In this document: piece after piece, positions 31,015 through 45,210 of the stretch
How positions within the stretch are numbered: position 1 is the first letter of the stretch
Layout of the letters: the number at the start of each line of letters is the position of its first letter
DNA from: the human T2T-CHM13v2.0 reference genome, Homo sapiens
NCBI RefSeq assembly: GCF_009914755.1
Contig: NC_060925.1
Length of the DNA stretch: 64,000 nucleotides
Reading direction: 5' to 3' (one strand)
Notes under the pieces: generated by a model
Seen by the model: only the letters and a program-made list of their open reading frames with translations
What the model was told of the DNA's origin: nothing
Database searches by the model: none
Program-made: the position numbers and the translations under genes

Positions 31015-32108
31015 GAAATCAATTTCAAAAGATGAACTCACAGCCCAGTTCCATCACTTAATAGTTGTACAACTTTGGGTAAGTCAAGAAACCTGGCCAA
31101 GTTCAAACTCTCCATAATAGCTACCTTTATTAAACACTTATTACATGCCAAGCCACCTTGTTAAGGAACTTACATCAACCATCCTGTTTAAATCTCATAA
31201 CAACCCTATAGAGGGCGCATTATTATCTTCATTATACAGATTAGGAACTAAAACTCAGTGAAGTCACTTGAGGGACTGCATGTCACACTGCTGGGGAATG
31301 GCAGCATCAGCATTCAAACCCAGTTCTTTCTGACTCCATACCTACCTCCCAGAGGTTGAAATGAGGATTAAAATATAGTAGAGAGGATGCACCTTCTGCA
31401 TAATACGCATTTGATAAGTGGTTCTGCCTTAATACATTTAGAATATTCCTAAATATTCATAGTTCGTAGAGGCAATGAACGAATGTTAGTTTCTCAAACT
31501 GAGTTCAAAAGATGCACAAGAGGAAAGAAGGAGAAACCAGCTGCTGTTTAGGAAGAGTTGTCAGTGAACATCCGGCTCTCAGCATCTGCAGCAGGACTAG
31601 AGCTTGCATTCCCCCGGCAATTTGCCTTGCAGCGAGACAGCTAATGAGGTTGAGCAGAGTGGGTGTACACAGCACATCTGCTGCTGCCAACCACGTTGCA
31701 CTTTAAATGCTCAAGACTGACAAACAGGGCATTGTGGGGAAGAATTACCCACTTCCAGCCCAGCACAGGGACCGACTTGCAAATGACAGGCTGCAGCACA
31801 GGCTGCACAATGCTGAGAAGCCAGAAGAGGTTGAGAGGCACTGATGAGGCTGGCAGAAAGCTGCAGTTAGAGCCATGAGTCCCCAAAGAGCAACAACAAA
31901 ACAAACACAGTGCGACTAGGGAGAGTTGGGAATGGCGCAAATCACTCTGTTGTCTACACGTGACAAGAGCACCCTCAGAAGTAGATAACTGCCCTGATTT
32001 AAATGAAAAATAAGGTTCAGACTGCTGGTCCCACACTTCAGGTGCTTGTACTGTACAATCAATTACATCATTATTATGAGATTACATGCTTAAGTTTTTT
32101 TTAAATCA

Positions 32109-32280
32109 TCATAAAAAGAATGCCTTAAAATTTCCATATACTGGTAATAATTTTTCAGTTTTCTCAAAAATTAAGCTGTGAAAGGGAAAAGGACATGGTT
32201 CATTGGAGAAAGTACCCAGATAGCGTGGACAGGACATTGAAGGATTGCTGACGGGACGCACGCTGTTCCTCTCTACATTG
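32109..32280 (-). other. Candidate exon 3 of minus-strand transcript (speculative ORF end)
   Basis: Acceptor ttatcttttctccctAG|C at 32281; frame open for 56 codons to TGA. Confidence 0.25.
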
Positions 32281-33728
32281 CTAGGGAGAAAAGATAATCG
32301 TATCTACAGGGAAATGGCAGAAGAGAGAGAACTGGGTGACTGGAGGCTCTGTGTTGGACAGACAAAAAAAAAAAAAGACAGTTCCACAGAAGGATTCATG
32401 GAATGATTCCATTAATTTTGAAGGGCATGAGCTGATAGATGTTGGTTGTACTGGCTTGTGTGTGTATTGTGCAAATGAACCCAAAGGGGACAGATAATCC
32501 TTCAGGGTCACCACCTGTCATATGCCAATACCTTGCATTTCAAAAAGGGTTAAGAATGGCTGACTTAGTCCTTAGAGTACCTGAGTGGGAGTCAAGAGAC
32601 GTGAACACCATTCTTTCACATCTGACTCATTGCGGGCAACATTAATTTCCTATTTACAGAAACCACTCTCCGAAACATAATAGATCCTATTTATTCAATT
32701 TACCACCTACAATATCTGTCAGATGTTACTGATGTCCAGAGGCTCTACTAGGCTTCCCCCACTGACTTGGAAAAGCTATGCTTTTTCAATTATGTTCTTA
32801 AAATGGCAGCATTCAATGTTTGTCTCAATTACATTAAATTAATAGTCGACAGGTCATGAATTGTTAAAAAGACTTAAAAGTGCTGAAGGGGGAAGAAAAC
32901 TGTATCAAAGTAGGTCAGTCCACCCGATGACAATCTTACCACAAAACAGTCCCATACCAGCCAATCCCCTCTCTCAGCCAAGGCCAGAACAATTCATCAC
33001 CCTGGTTCAAAAGCATGTATTTAATGCCTTCCAATGACCCAGCCAGCCCTCAAGAGATTACACCAGAAGACAGAAAATGATTTAGAAGCTGCATTTCCTT
33101 CACATATAAGACTATGCAGTAGGAGAAAGGTAAATAAACATTATACAGATTCCTTTCTTTATCTTTACTTTCCTCCAGCTCCTCCAGCTTAAATTGTAAG
33201 AGTAAGGACTATAGTTTTACTTGCCTAGCCAACACTTATTTTAAAATTCAACAAAGCTATATTGCACTTCATACTAAGGTACCTCTTGGTGCTATTACAG
33301 AATGAGAGTTTTTTTTTTTGACAAGTCCACATTTAAAGGATGCAAGATAAGTTGAAGACAATATTTATACATCTGCCAAGGGCCATCTATCTCTTTAGTA
33401 AGATGGTTACAGTATTCTACTATTTTTCCCTTTCTTTTCATCCCTTATTGTTGTTGTGATGTTATCTGTGCAATAAACAAAAACCAGGAGAAAAGCCTAA
33501 AAAGCATCTGGTCTTTTCTTAACCCGTTTTTTAAGTAATAAATTCAAAAAGAGCTAAATCACCATAAGCCACACAGATGGACAATCCTGCCAAGGTGGCG
33601 GCCTTCCTTTCCCCAGCACACTGCTACAACAGATACTAAGATGGAAGGATGAGGCTCTTCTTCCCACACGGCAAAATGGGACTGGATAATGAGATCGGTG
33701 GCCAGCCTCCTACACACCCCAAACCCAC

Positions 33729-33865
33729 CCCAATTCTGTCTTCCCTTCTGATTTCTCTCCAGAGAAACAATCAGTAGACTGATGGGAACTTTGGTGAGCA
33801 GAGCACTGGAAGAGGCGTTCTGGCCATTGTAAAGAACTGAATGAGAGTCCAACCCTCCCAGACCA
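33729..33865 (-). other. Candidate internal exon 2 (137 nt) of minus-strand transcript
   Basis: Acceptor ttcttgtgtttctgcAG|T at 33866; donor GGG|GTGGGT at 33728. Confidence 0.3.
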
Positions 33866-33959
33866 CTGCAGAAACACAAGAATGACAGACAATTCTCAGC
33901 AGTGGTCTCTCTCTGCTCCAGTCTATTCTTTACATTACCACACTGACCTTCCTTCTTGT

Positions 33960-34518
33960 AACGGACATTTGTTGGTTTGGGGCCCGGCCTTCAAGTACTG
34001 TTTGCAGCCACAAGCCTGTCTTCACTTAGAAATTCACTCCTCCCCTGCTTTCATTCAATGTGGTTGGGTTGGAGCCAACCCCACTCTGAGCTGGGGAAGG
34101 GGGACTGTGAATTTAAACTAGGCTTAAGGCACCTGGCACAATGCATTCTTCCAGTAACAAATACTGGTCCTGAGGTGTGCATATAAACCAAGCCAGGCGG
34201 TCCCAGCCATCTAGACTTAATTCAAGGATAGTTCTTGGAATCACTGGGAAAGCTAATGACCTCTCTTCCCCTAGACCTCAGTCTTGGAAGATGTGAGCCT
34301 GGAGCTCATGCACCATCCCACACCATGAGAGGAAAGCCTGCCTGAGAAAGGAGCCTACACAAAGGATGCAAAGCAGAGAGACACAGGAAGAAGCCAGTTC
34401 TATCACTTGCGCTGCTGGATCAAGCCACGCCTAAAGATGTCTCTATCCCTGGACTTTCCAGTTAAGCCTATTTGGATGGCTTTCTCTCGAAGGCAACTCA
34501 GAGTCCTAATAGAGATAT
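33960..34518 (+). mobile_element. Old MLT1 (K/L-like) LTR
   Basis: gatgtgagcctggagct...gaaagcctgcctgaga...ctggactttccagtta...gagtcctaa. Confidence 0.6.
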
Positions 34519-35074
34519 TTCCAATGCCACTGATTTCCAGATATTACCACTTATGCTCAAAAACTATCAATGGTTTCCTACTGCCTATAGGATAAAGTTG
34601 AAATTCCTTAGCCTGGCACCAAGACCATCCACAAGATGGCCTCAAGTTACTTCCCCACCTTTATTTTGAATTGCTATCTTAAATGTAACCCTTCTTCTGT
34701 CAAGCTGTACACTCTGTCTCCTGAATATTCACCTTTGAAAAACAGTCTTGTTTTTCTAAGAAATATCGTCTCACCCACCGCAGGCCCCAGTGATCTCTCT
34801 TCTCTGAATTTCCATCACAGCCACTGTCTTGAGCTTTTCTCTGACACTCATCATAAGCTACCTAACTGCTCTCATTCTTTAACCATTATTTAATGGGCAT
34901 TAGAGGTACTGAGGAGACGTGACATCTGTCCTCAAGAAACTTGCAGACTAATAGGCGAATCAATGACCAAATATTTATGCAAAGAGTATTACATAGTTAA
35001 GATAAGCAGTAAGAAAAATAAAAGGCCAAGTTTTCATCAGAAGGCATTCGTCAGAAGCGGCCTGATCTTTTGTA

Positions 35075-35994
35075 CCTAAAAATAAGACCATAAGCCCCTC
35101 AGCTGACTGAACGGAACCCCTCTTGGCCACGTGGTCCCCAGAGAAACCTTAAAAACTGCGTTCCCAGCCATGGCCCGATGGAAGGTCAGACATGCCTCAT
35201 TATACCTCCTTCCTTTTGCAGTTTAGACACAACAAGGCACCAGCACTAATATGAAAATAGAGATCATACAACTGACAGAATGGACCCTTTGTAGCAATAA
35301 GATACTAAACTATAAACAGGACCTAAGGCCACACCGGGCAAGGGTTAAGTCATATATCCTACGCTCAAAGGATAAACTCTGTTCTAGCTGCCACAAGATT
35401 TTTCTTTTCCTCCAGAAGCTAAACAAGTGCTGGCCTGGAGATAAGCAATACTGAAACAATGGCAGCTCATCCACTGCCAGATGCTGACCCACTGACCCCC
35501 TGCTCCACAAGCCGTAACTACAGCTTTGATTGGACAGGAAACTGATTTCAATAACTTTCTGCTGGTAAGAAAACCACCGACCATGCACTGGCTCTGGCCG
35601 GTTCACAGAGGCTACGCACTTGAGTGCCTTTGCATCCTGAAAAGACCTTTTGACATATAGGGCCTAACTGTAATATATTTAAATGTTAAGTCTTCACCCC
35701 AAAGTGAACATGGGTTGTATGTAACATGCATGTTTATTCAGTATGCGGGTGTTAGGACCGCCTTCGTGAATATTCATAGCTCCTCCTGTAACCTGTTGAG
35801 TATGTATATTTGGCCAACCCATTAAGCTTATGCTCTTATCTTACCCCTTTCTCCCTCAAAGTGCCTGCCTTTTGGGCTCTGTCAGAGGCTATGCTTCCCA
35901 GCCTGTCAGGACAGCCACTGTGCATGCTGTAACCCTTTATAGAAAATAAAATCTCCTTTCGAAATTTATAAAGTGTGTAATTTTAAAGTTAACA
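35075..35994 (+). mobile_element. MER4-group ERV1 solo LTR (MER49-like)
   Basis: taagcccctcagctgactgaacggaacccctcttggcca...ggtcagacatgcctcattatacc; AATAAA ~35945; ends aagttaaca; 5' end abuts a templated patch. Confidence 0.75.
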
Positions 35995-36079
35995 TAAGGA
36001 AACTTAATCTAAATTATAGGGGGCAGGGGAGGCCTCCCTGAAAAAGTAATCATCAATGCACAAAGAAACGGCCAGGGTG

Positions 36080-36485
<406 letters not shown>

Positions 36486-36837
36486 TTAATCCTACCAGCG
36501 AAGGCATTGGGAGATTTTCAGCAGAGAAGTGGCCTGATCTTTTTGTACCTAAAAAGATCACTCTTGTTGCCATGTGGAAAATGGATTACAGGAGAGTTCA
36601 GACAGACAGCTGTTACCACTGTAAATAAACTTTAAAAAAAAAAATTCTAAGCTCCCAGCCAATTGAATTGACCCCTCCTCCTGGCCAAGAACATTCCCAA
36701 GTTAACCTGAAAAACTAGGTCAGGCCATGATGGGAAGTGGAGGTCAGACATGCCTCATTATACCATCATCCCTTGGGAATTCAGGCCGAGGGTGACCAGC
36801 ATTTAACATTAAAACACACCTTAAGACTGATGAAACA

Positions 36838-37132
36838 AGCCAGGTGCAGTGGCTCACTTCTGTAATCCCAGTACTTTGAGAGACTGAGGCAGGTGGATCA
36901 CTTGATGTCAGGAGTTCGAGACCAGCCTGGCCAACATGGTGAAACCCCACCTCTACTAAAAGTACAAAAATTAGCCGAGCATGGTGGTGCATGCCTGTAG
37001 TCCCAGCTACTCAGGAGGTTGAAGCAGGAGAATCCCTTGAACCTGGGAGTCGGAGGTTGCAGTGAGCTGAGATCGTGCCAATGCTCTCCAACCTGGGTGA
37101 CAGAGTGAGATTCCGTCTAAAAAAAAAAAAAA
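36838..37132 (+). mobile_element. AluS
   Basis: TSD aagactgaYRaaaca. Confidence 0.92.
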
Positions 37133-37235
37133 GACTGACAAAACAGATTCTTCATAGCAATAAGATACCAACATGGCAGATAGGGGGCCCTAAAAGAAAT
37201 CAAAGTATTTTACCCCAAAATGTATTTCTTTGACC

Positions 37236-37535
37236 TTTTTTTGTTTTGTTTTGTTTTGTTTTTGAGACGGAGTCTTGCTCTGTTGCCCAGGCTAGAGTAC
37301 ACTGGCATGATCTTGGCTCACTGCAACCTCTGCCACCTGGGTTCAAGTGATTCTCCTGCCTCAGCCTCCTGAGTAGCTGGGATTACAGGCACTCACTACC
37401 ACACCCGGCTAATTTTTGTATTTTTAGTAGAGACTGGGTCTCGCCATGTTGGCCAGGCTGGTCTTGAACTCCTGATTTCAGGTTATCCACCCACCTCAGC
37501 CTCCCAGAGTGCTGGGATTACAGGCGTGAGCCACT
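37236..37535 (-). mobile_element. AluS
   Basis: Reverse Alu ~100 bp from the previous one; TSD ttctttgac. Confidence 0.92.
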
Positions 37536-40500
37536 TCTTCTTTGACATATTTTGAAACAGCCCTTGCAAAGTTTGTCTCTACAATCTATAGATTTTCCCT
37601 TTCCTTTCCAGATCTTTTTCCTGATCCACGAGGAAATTAACTAAGAGTCTGGCACCTTTTTAAGTCTGATAAGAAACATTTACAATCTATTCTCTCTGAA
37701 GCCTGCTACCTAGAAGCTTCACCTGCATAATAAAAACCCTTGTCTGTATAACCCCTCATCTTAACCCCAAACACTCCATTTATTGGTTCCAGGTCTTTAG
37801 ATAAACTCTTTTCAACCAGCTGCCAATAACGAAATCTTTGAATCCACCTATGACCTGGAAGCTCCCCACCCCACCCTGCTTCAAGTTGTCCTGCCTTTCC
37901 AGATTGAACCAGTGTACATCTTACATGTACTGACTGACATCTCATGTCTCCCTAAAACATATAAAACCAAGCTGTAGACTGACCACCTGCACATGTTCTC
38001 AGGACCTCCCGAGGCTGTGTCCCAGGCATGTCCTTAACCTTGGCAAAACAAAATTCTAAATTGATTGAGACCTGTCTCAGATACTTTTTGGTTTATGCAG
38101 TGGTACAGGAGACAGATGATGGTAGCTTAAACGTTGGTGATATGAGTGGATATGGAGAGAATTGGGTGATTTCAGTTATACTTTGGAGGCAGAAGCTATA
38201 TGACTTAGTGATTTACTGGATATACAGGCAGGGGAGATATGAGCGACAGGAGATCACAGGATGATGCCTGGGTCCCTGGTTTCAACCACTCCATGAAGAA
38301 GGGCAACACTGGAGGTAGAGCAGGCTTGGAGAGATTTATTTCAGGTAAGTTTAATGTTATACAGTTGTAGAATAGGTGCATTTATTAAAGACAGTTGTAG
38401 ATATGAGTTTGAAGTTTAAAAGTCTAGACTCTTAAGTATGAATTTGGAAGCCTCTGGCATGTAGAAGTCTCTGGCATGTGCCAGAATCCACAGGGGTGGA
38501 TGAGTTTACTCAAGAAGAGTGTAGAGCTAAAAGATGGCCTGAGAGAACTCCAATTTTCAGAAAGTTGACTTGTTGGGATAGAGGCAACATGGATAAGAGG
38601 AAGATATTCCCAGCTTCCCAGATAGACTGAAACTTCTTGAGAAGAGTAACCTGTCTCATTTTCTTTGAAGGCAGTACAGTACTTGGAACTTAACAGGTGT
38701 TAAGAAATATTTGTGAACTACACTGAATAACGGACAGAGAATCAGGCTGAGAATCAGAAGTGTATTCTAAAATTTTATGATTCTGGATTATGAGAAAAAA
38801 CTTTAGCCTACATTCATAATTTAACTGGATGTGACAGGCTGTCATTAATTAAACTGGTATTAAATGGAATCTATAGGCACAAACACTGTATAAGGCTGGG
38901 AACAGAAAATAAAAAGGGGTGCAGGGAAGGAAAGAAAAGTACTTCCCATCTTATTTAGTTATTTAATTCTTACCACGTATCTACGAGTAACAATCCTGCA
39001 TAAGACAGGTTTTACAGATACGTGATTGCTGAAGAAACTGAGGTTCACAAAGTTTCAGTTACACGGCCAATAAACAGGGGGACCAGAATTCAAACAAGTC
39101 TATTTATCTTCCAAACCTGCGCTTTTTCTTCTACTGCACATTGTCCTCCAACCCCCGCTCAACAACTCACAGTCTTAGAATGAAAGTTAACTAACAATGC
39201 AAATTGGTCTACAATTAAATGTCAAGAGCCGTGTACCATGAATGCTACAGTTTCAAGGGGTGAACAATATGATATAGATGGTTAGGAAGGTCTGGTGGAC
39301 TAGCTGGATCTTGAAGTAAGGATAAGAGAATATAAGAGTCATGGGACAGGGCAGCAAATCCTGAAGCCACACCACCAACACGAAAAGCAAAGTTAAGCCT
39401 CAGAAATTCTCCTTTTATGTATGTGCCTCATTCAGATTCTTAGAGAATATATTCCCAGAGTTAGGTGGCATGTCAGTGATGATGGATATTGGAAAGGAGC
39501 AGGTATAAAACTTAAAATCTCTTTCATGACAACTAAAGGTCTGAAAAAGCATGTAACTTTAGCTCTAAATGTAGTGTTCACTGGAAGACATGACGCCAAT
39601 CACAAGTAAAATAATGGCTGTAATAAAATAAGAGAGGTTGTCTGTGAAAGCTTCATCTTGTCCTAATGTAACTCTACTTGCATCAGATCCCCTACTACCT
39701 TATTTTCTGTTCATACCGCGAGACCCTTGAGAGGCAGGACCATTATCATAGTCATTTTCTCATCTCTCAAAGGCTTGGCACAGTGCTTTTGATCCATGTT
39801 AGTTATTGCATAAAAATGTGTTTTAAAATATTAGAAAATTTGTCCACAAAAGGAATGGTGAGCTTGTGAATGCAAAGAGGAGGCAATGAGGATGCCAAGG
39901 CTTTCCCCCACTATAACTGGGGTTCTATCAACCAAAAGGGGAAGAAGGGAAACAGAAGCCAAATGTTCCACGTTCCATTTTCAACATCAACAATTTCCAA
40001 CCTCCCAAATTAATTAGTAAACTGAAAAACATTCTGAAACTGCCAGAGAACTATACTTAGAGCAGCTACAAATTACTAACTCATTTTAATTCATTTGAAG
40101 GAGTATTAAAGATATACTCTACAGCAAGGACAAAATCAGTCGCCTATATGTACTGGGCCAATCTATTCTCAACTCTTCCAGTGATTAATTGGATCTGTTT
40201 GCAACAGATCTGGCCAGGGAGAGTGGGGTGACCAGAGCCCAGGAAACAGCAAAGTTCGACCTCTTTCTTTATAAAAGCTAGCTACATATAAGGCTCAGTC
40301 TTTCATAAGAGGTCACATTTATATCATGCTTAAAAGCGTGCCGATGGCTTTCACTTTCATCATCTCATTCGATTTCCCCACAATAATCTTGTGAATAAGA
40401 AGCACTTAACACAGTGCCCATTAAGAGTGCAATCAAAGGCCGGGCAGGAACCGGTCATCCCATTTCACAGATGAGAAATATAGGTTCAGAGAAATAAAAG

Positions 40501-40609
40501 TAAGCGACTGAAGCTCTCTCCAGGGATCCCAGAGGGGACAGGGCTCAGTCTGCCCATCTGTGAAATGTGTGCGTGGGTTGAGATGATTATCTCTGAGGTG
40601 TGGTGCATT

Positions 40610-41015
40610 CCATGACCTCCGAGAAGCTCTACACGGCCACCCGCGGGCCCCAGGGCGTCAGCCGTTCCTACACCCCGGGCCCTCTCGGGGACCGAGTTTC
40701 CCAGACTGCTCTTGGTCCCTCCGCTCCCACCCTCCTCGCTACCCCCGTCCTCCGCCCTGCCCCGTGAACCCTCTCCGCTGCCGCCTCCCCTCGCCCACCT
40801 CGACGGCCATGTTCGTGGGTGGGGAGAGGCCAGCCCGACCCTCGGACGGCGGGACTCGCGGGCTACTTTAGGTGGGCGCGGACCTGGGGCTCTAGCACTG
40901 ACTAAGTCACTGCACCTGCGCAAGAGTCTCCGCCACTCTTGTCCGGGTGGGAATCAAACTCTAGCGCCGCCCTTCAGGGCGCTGAGGATTTGTTTCTAGA
41001 TCTCACTCCCGAGGC
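40610..41015 (-). promoter_or_regulatory. CpG island / probable promoter and first exon of a minus-strand transcript
   Basis: Only extended non-Alu CpG-dense segment; GC boxes; minus-strand AACATGGCCG (YY1-like, strong Kozak) then GAG|GTGGGC donor (40799/40798) and G-runs; ETS-like GGAAGCGGAAGT at 41105. Confidence 0.75.
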
Positions 41016-41718
41016 TACCCAGGGCCTTTCTCTCTAACCCTCAGGAGGAAGAGCAAGCTCCATAACAGACAGAAGTTTAAATTGTCATTCCCAACTGCTA
41101 ATCAGGAAGCGGAAGTTAAACTCTTAGCAAAATGGCAGCACCTGGAAAGACAAATGGAGCCAAACTACCTGGGTTCAAATCCTGACTCCACCACACGCTA
41201 CGTAGGCGACCTTGTCCTTTATTATAGTTTCTTCATCTATTAATATGAGGTTTGAATGTATAAATAGTTGTAAATCAACTGTACCAGAATAATGCCTGGC
41301 ATACAGTAAGCATTATATAAGTGTAAATTATTATCCCAAATATTTTACTTGGCAAACATTTTATCAATACTACTCTCGAAATAGGCTTTTTGATATTGTT
41401 AACATACGATTACAAGATTTTCCCTCTCCTGTCCCCTTAATTGCCAAGAAGTGTTCTCTCCTTTACCTGAGATTTTACCATCCCTCTCAATCTGCTGACC
41501 ATAAGCCATTTTTCCAAAGGGGGTGTCTGTCTTAGGTTGTACTTGTATATAAAAGAAAACTTATAATTTTGATGTGTTAAGAAACTGAAATGTAGTTGTC
41601 ACTCAACATTTGACTAGTGGGGGCTCTCTCAATATTTCACTACTTAGTACAAATATTTCAATTAACAAAAAAGCCCTACTTTCATTTCTGAATCTGTGGT
41701 CTTACTTTCCATAAAACC

Positions 41719-42385
41719 TGTAGTAGATTGCAAAAACAAAACACTTCTATTCCTGTATGCATTTCCCTTTGCAACATGTGTTAACTGTATTTCTCATCAA
41801 GAGATGAAGTCTATTTCTCTACCCTCTTGAGTCTGGGTTGGCTTCGTAACATGCTTTGACAAATAGAATGCAACAGAAGTCCCACTGTGGAATTTCTGAG
41901 CCTAGACCTCAGAGGCTTTGTAACTTCCACCTTCTTTTTTTCTTGTTGGTAGGGTTACCAATGATCCTGATCTGCCCAAGGCTGAGGAGTTTCCCAGGAT
42001 ATGGGACTTTCACTGCTAAAACCAGGATAGTCCCATGCAAAGCAGCATGGCTGATCACCCTACTTGCTGCCATGAGACTACCACCATCCTCGAGGATGAT
42101 AGATCCCAAGGAGAGAGTGACCCAGTCAACATCCAGCCCCATCAGCATGTGACTTATCCAGCCCCAGTCCAGTCACCAGATAATAGCAAATGCATGAGTT
42201 AATTCAGGTGAGACCATCAGAACGATCTAGCTGAACTTGTCTCAAATTGCTGTCCTCTGTTGGAGTTTTTCTGCACATAAAAAATAAAATTGCTGTCCTA
42301 CATAACTGTAAACAAGCAAAATGGTTGTTTTTATAAACCACCTAGTTTTGGAGTTGTTTGTTATATAGCAGTAGATAACTGTTAC
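41719..42385 (+). mobile_element. MLT1 (G/H-like) LTR
   Basis: tgtagtagattgcaaaa...catcaagagatgaagtctatttctc...agttttggagttgtttgttatatagcagtagataac. Confidence 0.75.
41950..42062. mobile_element. MER81-like hAT-Blackjack MITE nested in the LTR
   Basis: TIRs tagggttacca ... tgatcacccta, ~113 bp. Confidence 0.7.
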
Positions 42386-43071
42386 AATACTGCAACCCTT
42401 TAACTACAGGGAATTATGCTTAAAACCTAAGGAGTAGACTCCAATTTTAAGACAATAAAGCCCAGCCCTCCCTCACCACTTGTTCATTTCTTAGACTCAA
42501 AGAATATTGGTTGAGTGCTTACTGTGTACTAGGAACTGTATCATGGGCTTAGCATCCACTACTGAACAAGACAGGTAAGTACTCTGCCCTCAAAAATCTT
42601 ATCCAGTTTGGGATACAGATATTAAATGAATAATTATAAGTTACGGGGTGCTTTAAAAATAAATGGGACTGAATAGAAGTGAAGGAGTGTAAAAAAAGCA
42701 AGTCTTTTTTAAAAAAGAAGTGGCATTTAAACTCAGTTCTGAAGTAGGAGTTATCCAGGTGAAAATTGGGCTGAAGTGTGTTCCAGGCAGAGAGAGCAGC
42801 ATATGGGAAAGCTGTGGACTAGGAAGGCTCTTGATGAGGAGGGACAAAGTAGCTGGAGTTTAGGAGCTAGGAAAAAAGAGGCAGAAAGTGAAACTAGAGA
42901 TGCAGGCAGAAGCCCAATCCTGCAGAATCTTATAGGCACAGTGAGGTTAAAATGCACCTATCTGGCATCCGTCTTTTCAAAATATGTCCAGCTCCATCTG
43001 CTTTTTCTTAAAGACATCTTATGAGGCAACTGTGCTATATGGAAAGATTGATAAACTGGAAGATAGAATGC

Positions 43072-43441
43072 TGTATTTGTTCATTTTGTGCTTCTGTAAC
43101 AGAATACCACAGCCTGGGGAACTTATAATAAACAGAAAGGTATTGGCTCACAGTTCTGTAGACTAGGAAGTCCAATATTAAAGTGCTGACGTCTGTCAAG
43201 GGCCTTCTTGCTGCATCATAACATGGTGGAAGATCAAGGAGAGGGCGAGAGACAGCAAGAGGGGGCAAACCCACTCCCTCAATAACAAACCTATTCCCAT
43301 GATAACAACATTAGTCCATCCATGAGAGTGGATCCCTCATGACCTAAACCACCTCTTAGAAATTCCACCTCCCAATACTTTCAAAATGGCAATTAAATTT
43401 CAACATGAATTTTGAAGAAGACAAACATTTAAACCATAGCA
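43072..43441 (-). mobile_element. MST-family MaLR LTR
   Basis: gtaacagaataccacagcctgggg...ttggctcacagttctg...aaaccatagca. Confidence 0.8.
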
Positions 43442-44661
43442 AGTCCCTAAATCCATTTCAGCAAATAATTAAATTTCACCAACCTAGGTTTTCTTATCTA
43501 TCAAAGGAAATAATAATCCCTATACACTACAATATATATTTCAGGCATGGGATGGGTACAAAGTGAGTGAGTATGGGAAGGAACACTATAAAATGACAAG
43601 TGTTCTATAAATATAAGGGCTATGATATTGAGGTGCTGATAGGCCCACACCCCATGTTTTTGGTCACATATTGTGTTTGGTTCCACCTATCCCAGTAAGA
43701 ATCATAGATGATTTCATCATTCCTTTTGCTGTGCCCATGGATTCTCCCCATCCCAGATAAATAAATTTTGCCCTACTTTCTTACTGAACCAACTGATAAT
43801 TAACACTCTAACTTCTGTGTTGCACTTTTTAAAGCGTTGTTTAGCATTAAATGTTTCATCGTCTGATTATGCGTTCATTCAACAAATATTTTTTGTGCAT
43901 CTACAACTGCGTCAGGCACAATCCTAGATATGGAGGATATGATCATGAACAAGACAAAGTCCCTGCTCTCTAATAGAAGAGACAGATACCAAAAAAAAAA
44001 AAAAAAAAAAATTCTGTAAATGTAATGGCAAGCAGTGACAAATGTTATGAGGAAACAAAAAGCTCAACAGGAAAACAGGGAGTGATGGGGTGAAATATTG
44101 TTCATTTCAAACAATAGTGTTATGAATGAACTAATTACCAAGGAAGAAAAATTGTAGTCAGTGTCCAAGGTTTAAGAGAAGCCAAGAAGCTGTTATTTCA
44201 GCACCTCTGTCATTAGTTCAGCTCTTTCATACACCAAAGATATTGGTCGTTTATTGTGATGTGGGGCATTGCTCTGGTAGGGTGAGAGGAGACAAGATAA
44301 AAATCATCAACTTTTCTTCAAAGGGATCACTATAGTTGGGAACATCACGAAAATGCACAATGCTACAGGACATTAATTTTGCTCAGTGCCATGCGAAAGG
44401 CAGATACCTGTATCCTTTCCTTGCCCGTCTCTCCCACCATGCCTGGTCACCCTTGGCTCTCTATATGCTCACCCCTAGGAACTCCTGATTTTTTTCACTT
44501 TCTCTCTTAAAAGTTCATGTCCTTCCTGTTTCAGGACTTTTGCTCATTTTGCTCCCTCAGCCTGAAATGCTCCTCATCTCTTCCTTTACCAACTTAATTT
44601 AGTTTTCACTGACATGCCATTTCTTTAGGGAACCCTGCCATAGGCTGTTCAGACTAAGTCA

Positions 44662-45210
44662 GTGTAACAGTTAACTATAAACAAGAATGCTGCGTAACAA
44701 ATAGCCACAAAAATCTCAGCAACTGACAACTTAAGCATTAATGAACTCCCAAATGTGCAGTTTAGCTAGAGGAGCTGGCCTGGATTGGGATTGGCTGGGC
44801 AGTTCTGCTAACCTTGGCTGGCCTCTCTCATTCATCTTCAGGGATGAGGAGCCAATCGGGGCTCCTAGGCTTCACTTAGCTAAGGCAGTTCAGCTGGGAT
44901 GGGTCTGCTCCACAGGTCTCTCATCATCCTCATGAGACTAGCAGGCCAACCAAGGCATGTTTTCAAGGTGATGGCAGAGGAGCAAGAGGGCAAGTGGGAA
45001 CACACTAAGACCTGTCAAGGCCCATGCTTAGAATTAGCTCACTGTCACCTCCACTTCATCTTACTGGCCAAAGCCAGTAACATGGCCAAGCCCAAAGTCA
45101 AGGGGTTGTGGAAATATACTTTGATGTTATGGAAGAAACTTCAAAGTCACATGACAAGTTTGAGAATGCAAGGAGAGGTAAAGAATAGGAGCAGAAAATG
45201 CATTTTACCA
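44662..45210 (-). mobile_element. Old MLT1 LTR
   Basis: atgctgcgtaacaaa...aaaatctcag...cactgtcacctccacttcatcttactggccaaagc. Confidence 0.6.

Larger units (their letters stand above)
36620..38097 (+). mobile_element. MER4-family ERV1 solo LTR interrupted by two Alus
   Basis: tgtaaa...aaaattctaagc...gttaacctgaaaaactag...; ends gattgagacctgtctcagatactttttggttta. Confidence 0.85.

Noticed and set aside
40799-40810. Assignment to known genes whose proteins begin MAVE (e.g. GLMN, SAP18, CD63, KIF18B)
   Set aside because: I found none of their downstream residues encoded in the window
40486-40999. GC-rich ORFs over the CpG island (145 aa minus, 95 aa plus)
   Set aside because: Stop-codon scarcity from high GC, non-ATG starts, low-complexity products
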